Position numbers and translations under genes: made by a program. From Azolla caroliniana (taxonomy: Eukaryota; Plantae; Polypodiophyta), in contig JBHGNT010000006.1 of assembly GCA_043228905.1 (NCBI GenBank), positions 1,488,001 through 1,552,000 on the forward strand: a stretch of DNA of 64,000 nucleotides, given 5' to 3'. This document shows positions 36,578 through 49,500 of the stretch, in pieces (position 1 is the stretch's first letter; each line of letters opens with the position of its first letter). The notes under the pieces were generated by a model, which made no database searches, had not been told where the DNA came from, and saw nothing but the letters and a program-made list of their open reading frames with translations.

Positions 36578-37603
36578 TTGCCCTAGTAGTAAAGATGACC
36601 TCTATCCGGACGGTGCTCTGAGTATAGCGGCAAGCATGGACCACGAGGTAGAGCAGCTAGACGTGAAGACGACATTCCTTCATGGTGACCTCGAAGAGGA
36701 TATCTACATGCAGCAACCGGAAGGATTCGTGGAGAAAGGGAAGGAGCACCTGGTTTGCCGGTTGAAGAAGAGCCTCTACGGGTTGAAGCAGGCCCCCCGG
36801 CAATGGTACCGGAAGTTCGACTCCTTCATGATCAATCAAGGGTACCACAAGACGCAGGTCGATCACTGCGTGTTTGTGAAGAAGTTCGAAGGAGGCGACT
36901 TCTTGATACTCCTTCTGTACGTGGACGACATGTTGATCATCGGACGGGACCAAGCCAAAATACGGATGTTGAAGAAGGCTCTCAACCGGACCTTCTCAAT
37001 GAAAGACTTGGGTCCGGCAAGACAGATGCTGGGGATGCATATTATTCGGGACCGGTCAATGAAGCAATTGTGGCTGTCACAGGAGAAGTACGTGACAAAG
37101 GTGCTTCAGCGGTTCAACATGTCAAATGCGAAACCGGTCGGATCGACACTTCCGGCAAACTGCAAGTTATCCGGTAAGCAAAGCCCGAAGGCGGATATGA
37201 TGAAGGTTCCATATGCCTCTGCCGTCATGTACGCAATGGTGTGTACTCGACCAGATATTGGATACGCAGTCGGAGTGGTGAGTCGGTTTATGAGCAATCC
37301 CGACAAGGAGCACTGGAACACGGTCAAATGGATACTCTTGTACTTGAAGGGCACTTCGAATATGTGTCTCCGATTCGGCTCCGGAAAACCTCAACTTGAC
37401 GGTTTTACCGATTCGGACATGTCGGCTGATGTGGATACCAACCGGTCTACATCAGGGAAAGAGTAGATGACTAGGAGTTCGCGCTGACGAAAATCCACAC
37501 GGCCGAGAACGGGTCAGATATGCTCACCAAAGTACTGACACCTGACAAGTTGGATGCATGTCGGAAGCGGGTCGGACTAGTAAGACATCCCATGTCGGAG
37601 TGA
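36578..37603 (+). pseudogene. Copia B-family (B') RT and partially deleted RNase H
   Basis: QLDVKTTFLHG, LYVDDML, CTRPDI motifs; highly similar to element C pol, with 15-bp, 9-bp and ~268-bp internal deletions. Confidence 0.93.
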
Positions 37604-37613
37604 AGGGGGAGTT

Positions 37614-38375
37614 TGTTAGGAAACAGGTCCCTCCGGATGGGATGACCCGGTGAGAACCGCATGACGACTACCCGGCTACGGAAGACCCGGTGAGACCAGG
37701 ATGACAACTACCCGGCTACGGAAGAACCGGTGAGAACCGGATGACAAGTACCCGGCAACGGAAGACCCGGTGAGAACTAGATGACAAGTACCCGGCTACG
37801 GAAGACCCGGTGTGAACCGGATGAGGAGTACCCAGCTACGGAAGACCCGGTGAGAACCGGATGAGGAGTACCCGGCAAGAGCCGGATGATGAAGGCCCAG
37901 TGAGAAGTGCTCACCGGATGAAGGGACATATTCGTAAATATGTTTTCTGAGAGTTCATCGGGGCTATATTTGTAAATAGCTGAAAAGTCATATTAGTATA
38001 AATATGACTTAGGGCAAACTTAGAATGTGTGGTTGTCATTCTTGTTAGTGCAAGAATAGAGAGCGTGTAACAATGTACAGTGAGAGAGAGAGAGAGGAAG
38101 AGGTCGTTGCCTCTATTGTAACCGCCGCCTGTGGCGAAGATCGTGAGCACGAGGTCGTTGCCTCTGTGAGCTCACTGTTGTAATCATTGTGATATAGTGA
38201 TAGTTTGGAGTCTGTGGACTCCTGTGGTTTTTCCCTCTCAGGGTTTTCCACGTTAAACGTCCTGTGTACTCTTCTCTCCTTTGTGTCGTGTTTTTTTTTA
38301 TTTCCCGTTTTCTATGTTTGATTCTAAGCTCGGTTGTGGCCAATCGTTGTTCGTCGGAGCGTATAGTTCCTGTCA
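37614..38375 (+). mobile_element. 3' LTR of B-family Copia (B')
   Basis: PPT GAGTGAAGGGGGAG, then TGTTAGGAAACAGG...CCTGTCA; ~40-bp U3 tandem repeats. The flank AAGTA does not match the CATAG flank at 22313-22317. Confidence 0.9.
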
Positions 38376-39775
38376 AAGTAAGATGCCTGAATATGAAGTC
38401 GAGTCGATCACCCCGACAACAGTGATTCGGATGTGTCGGCTCCCTCACTAGACAATGAGTTCGGTGTACCCATCATGCAGACAACCAGAGCAAAGAAGGC
38501 ACTCACATCGGCGAGCGAAAAACTTCGATGCTTATCTAGAGCTAAGAACCCCGTCACTCGGCACGGCTACAACGAGTACATGGCCCATCATTATGACGGG
38601 AACTCGACGTTCCTTATGTCCGACGCTTGGCCACAACCGAGATTCTTTTCATACACAGAAAACGGGAAAAAGAACACGACACAAAGAGGAGAAATGGTAC
38701 ACAGGAGGTTAACGTGGAAAACCCCAAACTAGGGGAAAAACCACGGCAGCCCACAGGCTGCAAACTGTCACTATGTAGGAATATACAACAGTGAGTTCAC
38801 TGAGGCAACGACCTCGTGCTCACGGATCTTCGCCACAGGCGGCGGTTACAACAGAGGCAACGACCTCGTCTCTCTCTCTCTCTCTCTCTCTGTACAGTTA
38901 CGCACTCTCTCTTTACAGTTACGCACTCTCTCTTCTTCTTGCACCAACAAGGAAGAATAACAACAACAACAAAAAAAAAACTCAACCTAAAAGTTTGCCC
39001 TAAGTCATATTTATACTAATATGACTTTTCGGCTATTTACAAATATAGCCTCAATGGGCTCTCAGAAACATATTTACGAATATGTCTCTTCCTCCGGTTC
39101 ATACCGGGCCTGCACCATCCGGCTCTCCGTAGCCGGGTACTCCTCATCCGGTTCATACCGGGCCTGCACCATCCAGCTCTCCGTAGCCGGGTACTCTTCA
39201 TCCGGTTCATACCGGGCCTGCACCATCCGGCCCTCCGTAGCCGGGTACTCTTCGTCCGGTTCATACCGAGCCTACAACGCCGAAAGCCAAAGCGGATGTC
39301 GGACGCCTGACACTTGAGCTTGACGGGGCGTGTTGAGAGATCAAGCTCAACTAGAGTTAGTTATTTAGTCAACCATGTAACTTTGTAGTTACCTAGATAG
39401 AATCTAGTTAGAAGTGCTGACTATAACGCCTTAAATAGGATCGTGTACTTAAGTGAGATATTCCAGATCCTCCACTCCTAAGTACATTTAATATAGGACT
39501 TACACTTTTGTACCTATATTATCCTCACACATGTGCACCCTTGCACATGAAATCTATATATACCTCATTGTAGGTATTTTTGTATTTTGATGATGATGTT
39601 TTATAATATACACTCTAGTTTACTCATCCCCCATCTTGTGTTGTTCATAAGTGTATCTCTCCTCTCTCTCTTCCTCTCACACACATATACACACATATCA
39701 CATAATCTTCTGCACTTAACTTAATCACATAATTAGGTATTAATTAACTCTTAATTACTTTCCTAATTCTTAACA
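38376..39775 (+). mobile_element. Fragments of another Copia element E: INT-RT spacer (38376-38593), 3' end with PPT, and 3' LTR 39331-39775
   Basis: SRAKNPVTRHGYNEYMAHHY spacer motif preceding RT; PPT-like GAGCTTGACGGGGCG then TGTTGAG...CTTAACA; inserted into the 5' LTR of element A. Confidence 0.75.
38594..39270 (-). mobile_element. Inverted, truncated B-family LTR (F)
   Basis: Reverse complement of the B LTR (TGAC...AACT end, CGCCACAGGCGGCGGTTACA, TAAGTCATATTTATA) with 54-bp U3 repeats; truncated in U3. Confidence 0.88.
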
Positions 39776-42700
39776 AGGAGGAACACTGAGAGAGCAAATA
39801 CTCTGATTGACGAGGGCGGCAATAGTTCTGTCTATTCTTAGAGAGATTTTTTATGTAGTAGCTAGAAAAAGAGAAATAAAGTAAAAAACAAGAGCTCATG
39901 CTATGTACATATAACAAGCATGTTACCCAAAGGTCTTCCAAGATATGGTATGCCCCTTGGAGGAAATGATCATGGATATTTGGTTCGCGATTATCAACTA
40001 CCTACGAGGGCAGTTGGACTAGGTTTGCAACCACTCTGATAACGTGTTCACTATTCGCTTACGCTTTTGGCAAAAATGGAGGAAAACACCGATGATGACG
40101 CTAGGAGGAAATGGCCCGAGGTGGAACTACCACCCCCCACACTAGTTGTTTCCTACTCACCTTCCATCCCTCCGGTGAAGGCCAAAGGATTGGGTTCATG
40201 CTGGTCGGCGATGATTGCCACTAGTTTATAGTTCTAGATACCTGCTTACATTTAGTAGAAAGTAAGAGAGGATATATTCGTAGTCTCATATTCTTGAACT
40301 CAGCCAGGGTTGATTCCCCGACTTATATACTTGTATCTCTACCTATAAAAATGTCTCCTAACTAATGAGAAAGTAGTTCCTTTTTTGGAAAAAAAAACAC
40401 ATTAATTTATCTTGTTAGAAAGCATCTAGAACATGCGACTTTAAGAAAATGACATGACATTTTGATTAAGGGAACAAATTGCACCCAAATAATAGATATG
40501 GTTATTGAAATACTAAACATGATATCTTTTAATATTAATAGGACAAATTTAAAATCTAGAATACAATCTCCTTTATGTGATTACAACTTAAGTGATCGCA
40601 TATCAAACTATTATGATACACAATAATGATTTATATTTGTAAATGAGGTTTGGAATAAGAAATTACATTTTAGGACATTAATATAGAGAAGACCTATCAA
40701 AACATATTGATTTTATATTCTAGCAAACTAGACTTGGAATACCTACTATGTTAATGGATGTAAATGATATCAAAATCTTTGATGAGTTATATCATGGCAT
40801 TACAATGAGTTCAAGATTGCCTAAGTAGTTAGTTTTGTGGGACTTTGCCTTTACATTCATTCTGATATTAAGGGAATGCTTTAGGTTGCATTCACTTCAA
40901 ATGAAAGCTATGAGCAATAATTAAGGACCAAAGGTGTATTTGATTGTGTCTAACACCATCGGCAAACTGGAACTTAGAGCATGGATTGGACCACTCAATC
41001 TCTTATACAATAGTCAAAGATACAATATTGAACCATGTCAAGTTTGAGGAGGGCTGAAGGGGAATTAAATTTACCTATGATAGAAATATGCCATCAATTT
41101 GATGTTCTGGATTGCATTGAAGGACAAGGAGGGGACGAGCATATTAATTTCCCAACATGTACAATATAAAGAGCATCTAGGAAATTTATGAAAGGAAAAC
41201 CTAAAAGTAGAAATGTCATAAGGGTGAGTTAAAATACATTTACTAGATGCATAATTGTCAATGTATACGTAGGAATCTACTCTCACACCTATATATAATT
41301 TCAAACCATAAAATATCTTAACATTATCTATGTGTCATCAACCGTTATTCTAATCTTGATCTTTAGCAAATCTTTTGAAATTTAAATTGAAAGCAATCAT
41401 TTTTAGAGTGACAAAGGCCTCACGAGTTTTGATTGATTTACTCTCTTGCTAGTCATATCTTATATGCTCATTGGAGAATAATTTGGAAGAGTAACTTACT
41501 AGTTGGGGTTGTTTAAATGAAAATACCAAAAAGGGCACCAATCTTTGGGGTATCAAATTGCAAGGTTTTACATCCTTTGCTTAAGCACAATCTACATTCA
41601 TGAATATTTTAAGAATGTTGTAAATTCAATGAGTATTCTAAATATTCTTTTTTAAGCGAGTTGTTTTTTTATTTACATAGTGCTATATATCCCCAACGTG
41701 AACCACAATATCCAATTTGGAAGATTATAACTTCAACCTAAGCCTAGTTATCATATTATTATTTCTCAACATGGATCAATTGAGATAGATTGTTCCTCTG
41801 GGATTGATTGTAACGTAGATGACTTTCAGACATAAAATGGTGGCGAATGGTGCTCAGTAACCACCCAACAAAGTGAATATTCTAAGAGAGTTTGAAAGCT
41901 AATGAGAACTAAAACAAGGCAACTTTAGTGAAGTTAAATATTTAATATTCTTGTCTACTAAAAACAATTGTCATATATTCACTAATCATGAGGGAGAAAT
42001 CAATAGCATAGAGAGATTTCCTTTCTTGTTTAGGCAAATTAGAATGCAATGAATTGGAGGCGAATTAGTAAACTATAATGGGATTGGTGGCTCGAATTAG
42101 TAAACTATACATAATGGGATTGGTGGCCCGTAAGAGATTAGAAAAACAATAAATATAGACATGTTGAAGGATATAAACTTGATCTTGTGTTAAATAATTG
42201 GGAACGTGTAATCTAGTTCGGATGCAGGAATAACTTGAGTTTGCAGTTTATGTAGTGCAATTATACAAAGTACAACATAATGAAGAACCACAACAAACCA
42301 GAATATATTGCTTGATGGAAATAGTTGACAACTAGTGGTCTGGTCCTATTATCTATAGATGTTTGTAGTCCCGAGATACAATAAATATGTTTAGATTGGG
42401 GAGATGTGAGTTATGAGAGTTAAAATGCAATACCATATGGAAGGATTATAATTTATAACTATAAGTCACAAATCATGGTAATTTGTGTCCTTCTAGGACC
42501 TAGATAAGTTAAAATAATGGAATATGGATGCTAGTTGTCCTAACCAGGTAATGTAGGAGAATAAGAAACAAATAGCATAATGTGCAATCATAAGAGAGAA
42601 CTTGAGCATTGGGTTCTATAATTGTTTTCTGGAGCATTGATCATTTGAGTTATTTTCATTATGGAAACTTGGGCCAGGCAAACCAAAATATTAATGTGCG

Positions 42701-45700
42701 TTAAGCTTTTAACCTTGACTGGAAATCAGATTTTGAGCTTAATATTTAATAATAATAGTTATTGTGGAGCCCTTTTTATTTTATTCTGCCAAGGATTGAG
42801 GTTTTATGTTTGTATAAATGTAAAGTCTTCAACAATCATGTAAATACTTTTATCATGATTCATATCATTATTGCACACAATATGATGTATGCTAAAAATG
42901 GTATTTGATCATTTACAGATTCTATTTCTAATTTAAAGTTATATACATCATGGGTTGTTGTGGATATTAATGTTAAGTTTCCCTCTTGTGGTGTCTCAAT
43001 ATAGACTATTGGTGCCAATTCCTATAAGGCTCAACTATGTAAATGATAAAGGAATTTAGCCCTACCCGTAATCCTTATTAGGAGTTTTTTTTCCATAAAA
43101 AATATACTCCATTGGTATTAAAATTAAAGTGGCCAAAGGCAATATACAAGATAGTCCAATATTACAATTTACAATGAACGTAGCCAATCTTTCTAGGTTT
43201 TAATGATGCAATCTTATTAGAGGTTTTAATGATGTAATGGAAGAAGTTAAAGAATGATTGGAATTGGTTGGGCAAATACTTATAGGGCATTACAAGATGA
43301 AGAAAGCTAAGTAGGACTTAATGAACGTCATTAGATACACAATATTTTATTGGAAACCATAGCGATACTAAAGCTTAGGAAACCCTTGCTTGGCAAATGC
43401 TAGGATGTTCGTAATCCAACCACAAGCCTATTCACATCACAAAGCACACACTTGTGGAACCTAGTAGAACATTTTAGAAGGCTACTAAAGGTCGTGGAAC
43501 ATTATGGAAGGTAGTATAAGGTTATGTAAGGTTGTGGAATATTATGGATATTAGTACAAGGGAGTCATGAGATTAATTATGAACTTGTGTTAAATACATA
43601 GAGTTATGTACTTCCATCTTAGTGTATTTGTTATGATTGGGTGACATTCTTGAACATTGTTTAGGTTGTTTCATGCTAAAATCATTATACTTGATACAAA
43701 ATATGTCAATGACAAAATAGACACTACCTAGAGAAGTAGACTACGGAATTTCTCATTTGCTTCCAAATAGTATACATTTCTTGTATCAACATTATTATTA
43801 GCATCTGTTGTATGCTCAATTTCTAGTGTTGTCATATTGCATCATGATCATGATCAAATAAATACTCCAACTTATGCACCCACCATGTCATTCATTGTAT
43901 TCTCTTTGGCTTGCATACTAACATGATGATCCATCCCATCATGCATTTTTGTTACATATGCATCATTAATTACATATTCTTTACTTATTGCACCATCTTT
44001 ATAAAAACTAGCAACGATCCAATACATATACCTTTCTTATCCTCAAGTTTTTACACATACAAATTGTGTTATATCAATATCTCCAACCATTACCTGAAAT
44101 AATTGAATATGGAGTGTGTTATGGTTAATATATATAGATTTGTTATTGATCTAATTAGTAACTAAAATAACAAGAGAAATATATTTATTCACTATCGTTT
44201 AAATGGGACAATTTCTCGTGAAATCTTTGTCGTGTTGTCAACATTTTTGTTTATGATCCATTACGTTGTGTCATTTTTTACCAATATTATGCTCATATTT
44301 GTTGCAAATACACATAAAATGTTCCCCAAACAAATCCTTGCACCCACCCTCTCTCTCTGGAGCAGGTGCATAACTATTGATATTATCGTTGTTACTAACA
44401 ATATGTTTACACAATTTTTTTCCAACAATACATCACACAAAAAAACACAGTGACAAGTGATCCACACCACAAAAAATGCAATTTAAGTACACCAAAAAAG
44501 TGCATGTTATAAGTTTCCCAATTGATAAATTTTCACAAATGCTATTATGTTAAGTAGAATTGCAAGATTCTTGTTTTGCCAAAAATTCCAATAACTTGGT
44601 ACCATTAGAAAATTTACCCTTTCTTTTGTCGGGAATCCTAACATTATTTTAGCGCTTTTATAAATAGCTAGAATTTTCAGATCTTAGGTAATTCTTCTAC
44701 AGAAACATTGAAATTGTTGACAATTTTAAAATGGTTGGAATTCCCATCACCTTTGGATATGTACTAGAAATTTGACATTGAATTTTTCTTGCCGAAGTTT
44801 CCACCATTCATGCACAATTGTCGAAATTTTCAAGAATATACAAAAATGTTATATTTTTCGTTTTAGGCATTTTGTCTAAATTCTAGGAAATGTAAATCTA
44901 AAAGTGCTAAAAACAATTCATTTTGTATCAATGAGAGTTAGAATCTCAAGATTCATTTGACTAGGTTTCGTACATTCACGTTAGGCATCCTTAATATAGT
45001 GGTACTGACAGCACAGATTTCTTGCTTTCTCACGTAAGACATTCCCTATATACAAACACAAATTCCTCTATGCAAACCTACCCTGAGCATTCCTCATTTT
45101 CTCAGAGCGTCGGGCGGCATCCCTACTATAGGAAAAGGATAATAGAGAGGGAGAGAGAAGCAAAAGATTGTCATCAGTTATGTTAACCGTAGTGAGGTCT
45201 ATGAGGGAATTGAACAAACTTGGTGGAACTAGGGTATTATGAATTGATTAATACTAATGATAAGGAGTAATTTACACCCTCTTAACCACATTGACCATCC
45301 TCAAATGAAGGGCAAGAGACAAACGTAAAATATCATCATTCTCCCATATTATTCTCATCTGAATATTACTTTATGTATACCTCAGAACTTGAGATGAACA
45401 AATCTGAAAGAAGAGAGCTTTGTCTCACAAAATAGAGTCTCAATAGTATCTCTAGGTGCAATAACGGAGGGGGTAACTTGCCCCTTCACATAACACAAGT
45501 CCTAGGGACAAAGCATAGTTTGTATTTTTGCTCTTATTGAAACTTGAACAATCTGTTGTCACATTACATCACTTGGGAGATAGCTTTGTTGACAATTGTT
45601 GGTATGTTATGTTTTCTTCTTCAGCTTCTTCAGCCGGCCTGAAATCGAATTCTTCATCCGTATGGAACTAGGGGATATAGTTCTGTGTGAGGTAGGGTAA

Positions 45701-46564
45701 GAGATAGAGCTAACGTAGGGCTCCTTAAAGGGAATTTGGAATAGGGCTATTTATCACCAAATGCATAGTTTCTCTAACTTCCATAACAATGATTTTTGAA
45801 AGATTTTCCTGAGTTTTCAATCAAATATGGAAATACAAACAATGCCGCTAGCTGAACAAAGCTTCTCTTTTAATGGTTTCAAAACCTATTAACTAACACA
45901 ATCAATCAATTTGGGAACTTTGTGAGGTTTTCTAATTTTCTGCCTTGTTTTACCTTTATTATATGAATCACACTGTTGAAATTTGAAACCATGTACATAT
46001 ATGTTGCAAAGATCCTAACCTCTTATACCAAAGGCAACATGTGGCCATTGCAAAAGATGGATAACCAATTATCTAAAAAAACTGGAAGAATACACTTTCT
46101 TTGATGTTTAAACAGTTAAATATGTAGGTTATCAAATACAGTACTACAAGCACATCCCATGACACATGTCAATGCAATCTATTGAAAAACACCTCTAGAT
46201 AATGGAGCCTATGATGCACAATGTACATCAAATGAAGCAAAAATCATACACACGATCATGACCACAACCTGACCATGTAAACAAAATAACATAACTCAAT
46301 AACCTTCTCTACTCAACTCAAAGCCCTCAATAACACTGGCAAAAAGATTAATCTGAGATATCTATTGAATTTCTGTAGTTCAAGCCCTCAAAGTGTTATA
46401 AAATCTTTGGAAGTTGGTGTTTAGATACTTTTTTAAGGTACTAAATTATCTTGTTGCCACACTCACATCGAAAAGAAGAAAAAGACATTTACCTTTTGAA
46501 TGACGATGTCTTGATTATTTTTAAAGAGAAAAACATACAATATTGTTACAGTGACATTCTATAG

Positions 46565-49500
46565 CTACAGTTCTCTTCTTGAGGATGGTCTCTCTCTTTT
46601 CACATTTGCTTTCTGTGTCCTTGGCAATGGAGCATGGACAAGAATAGGTATCGCCCATTCCCCTCGCTCTCGCTCCCCAATAAGAAGTGGATGTTCATAC
46701 TTACTCATATCTACATTTTTTGTAGTGGTGATAAATTCAAACCTTAAAACCCATTCCAAAGTTACATGAGGGGTTGTAAATGATGGAGGTCCATCGGATG
46801 GAATGGAAAATAAGAAGTGTGTCTGAAGCATATCTGCCACTACTTCATAGTAATCAGCTTGCACCTACATCACTCAGAAGATTAATAGATAATCTGCTTC
46901 AAATAAAATAAAAAAATCCAAAAACATCATCTGGATTTCTTCATTTACTACAGGCACCATTCTTTCATAGTTTTGACATCTCAATGGTTCTAAAATATCC
47001 AAAGATATAATCTGGATTTCTTCCTTTATTATAAGCACCATGCTTTCATAGTTTTGACTTCTCAATAGTTCTAAAAATTAAAAAACATAATCTAGACTTC
47101 CATTCTATCATAGTTCCAGTTGAGTACACAGCAGAATCATGATGAGGGCTCCTTATCTGCTGTGTACTTGCTAAACAGGGCATTGTATTTGAAATCACTT
47201 ACAGGCTATTTTGAGCAGGTAAAGGGCTCTTCATTAACCATTACTTGTAGCCTATACATCTCTGAGACCCAAAAGCATTTCTATCAAATCTGACTATTTT
47301 CAATCACATATGAATTCACCCTGCCCGAAATTCTTAAAATTTGCAAATGGTACCTTTGTTATTATTGGTGAGTTCTTTCTGGAAGGATGCATGAATGCAG
47401 AATTCAACACTTCTCTCATCTCAAGGATAACTGAAATCTGCAACAATGTGAGAATTATATCATCAGCAGAGAAATATACTTGATTTATATTAACAGGCTT
47501 CAAAATTTACACCTCTAGGCATCTCCTTTGTCCTTCATGATGGAAAAAACTCAAGACTCCACCAATCTACAAATAAGAGAAATATATAATGAAAAGTATG
47601 CTTGAAGAACATGAACTTTGTTTTGCATAGAGAAAAAGATCAATGTCTAGTCAAGTCATGTGAACTGGATGTACAAATCAATCTCCATTGTGATTTGGTT
47701 CATTTGCCAATTAAAGTTGCCAAAACTATATCTACATCCTCCCTTTACAGGTAAAAAAAAACAAGGGGCTGAATTGGGACATTACCCCATCTCCATAGTA
47801 GTAGGTTGAATCAGGATTTCTTGGGGAAAACTGAGCAAGCACTCGATCATTAATCTTAATGTTATAGGATCTCCCCCTTGCATGCGTACCTGCAAAGTAT
47901 AGGGGTTTAATATGTTAATGCACAAACTGCATGTTGATTTCACAAGGGGAATAACTGCAAAATACCCAAGTTTAAATTTAATTTCCAAATGCCCCTAGAA
48001 TGTCATTATTTACCCAAATGCCCTCAGTCAACCCCCGCTTATATGTGCTGTTTAAGCAATTATACCATCACTACATCTCCTTTTTCTGAGTTACATGTGC
48101 TATTTGAGCAATTATATCTCTCTTTCAAGGGTTGGTCTCAGCATTTGAGGAAATAAGGAAAAACTCAGGAATATTTCAAAGTTTTTTCCATTTCAATAAT
48201 AGCATTGGCTTACCAGAAGGAGTTCTAGACAATAAAGGTTGGATATCTTGTTCATCATTACTAATACCAAAATCATCATGGCCACCATTGGCCATAGGCA
48301 TATTACTGCTACTCGTCCATATTTCTATAGACTCCTTAGCGCTCAATAAACCTCTTGTTTCTGATACCCTTGATACAGAATCTGTTGTAAGGAAATATAT
48401 CAATCTGAAGTGCATATAAACTCTATAGTTGGAGGATACTTTACAAGTTACCATACCTTCTCCACCATCATAGTCTGAGGAATTAGGTATTAACAATGGA
48501 GGTGGTTTTCTCAAAGAGCCAAATCCAGATACACTATGAAACAATGGCTTTTTTGAATTTTCTGGAGTATTGGTTAGTGATTGAACTTGAATCTTTTTCT
48601 CATAAGACCTTGGAACATTCTCTTTCTCTGGACTTTGCAACGCACTTTGAGTACTCTGACAAATAGCATCCTTTTTTACCTCTGAAAGAATATTGGAAGC
48701 TCTCACCTGCACACATGAGAAAAATGTTCATACTTAATGTTTGAAATGCTTAAAATGTTAATATAGTTAGATCAGTCATTGAGATAAACCTACCTCTTAT
48801 ATGCACAGGCTTCATATGTTTCTAGGCAGTTTAACATTTTTTTAATCAGGGGATCAATGTTCAGTAACTACTAGTGGTCAACCACAATCGAGAGGTTCTA
48901 AAACACTTTGTTATTATATACATATCATTTATTCTTTTCCTTTAACTCTAGTATAGATGAGTTCCCTAGGAATTTTCGCCTTCTCTTTGTTATCTTCTAT
49001 TTGATGTTACTCGTTTTCTCTTCTCCCTCTTCAACTGCTTTTGCTAGTGTCAGTCAACTTGCACACGATATTTTTTAAGAGGATGCCAAGTGGTTCGTTT
49101 TGATAGCACCTGAGTCTAATGGTGGACTTGGAGCAAGAGAGACAAGAGAGAGAAAACGCCTGGGGTGTTAGAGAATTCGGAAAAGGAGAGGGAAGAGATA
49201 CACACTTTGGTTTTATGGGGCAAAAATACACTGTTTAATAAAAATGTGATTTAAGTGCATGTGAGTCAGTTCGCCCTAATAATCTGTTTTTAAGGGGCAA
49301 AAGTATATTGTTTGGTTATTAAGGGCAAAGTGATCCAAACTTGTCCTAACAGCTCTCAAGAGAGCTAAAGTGTGAAAGACACAAATGCGTAACTAATGAG
49401 CCTTTACACCCAACACTATTCCCCTACTTCTAAGTTTACTGAGGCTCAAAGCCCTGGGAACCTACTTTAGGAGGCATGGTCTCATTGGAAATTTCCTTTC

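Larger units (their letters stand above)
19921..39916 (-). mobile_element. Old Ty1/Copia element A (outer host of the nest): 3' LTR 19921-20181, partial 5' LTR 39776-39916
   Basis: LTR sequence AGGAGGAACACTGAGAG...TATGTACATATAACA is shared by 19990-20181 and 39776-39916. TSD AGCAC (19916-19920) / AGCAT (39917-39921). Degenerate PPT next to 20181. Gag and most of integrase are missing. Confidence 0.8.
19190..40350 (+). pseudogene. Decayed L1-type LINE 3' remnant (pieces ~19190-19920 and ~39917-40350) split by a hAT MITE and the whole LTR nest
   Basis: Joining the flanks across the insertions gives LW..VWKA(C)YPKVFQDMVCPLEEMIMDIWFAIINYLRGQLD, resembling the C-terminal W-rich segment of plant L1 ORF2. 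Heavily degraded. Confidence 0.45.

Noticed and set aside
43400-43720. Possible solo LTR (GGAACATTATGGAAGG repeats)
   Set aside because: No clear TG...CA ends or TSD could be assigned.
47945-49350. MULE-TIR-like tracts in RGP1 introns (47945-48025, 49210-49345)
   Set aside because: The two tracts are not reverse complements and no TSD was found; at most independent relics.
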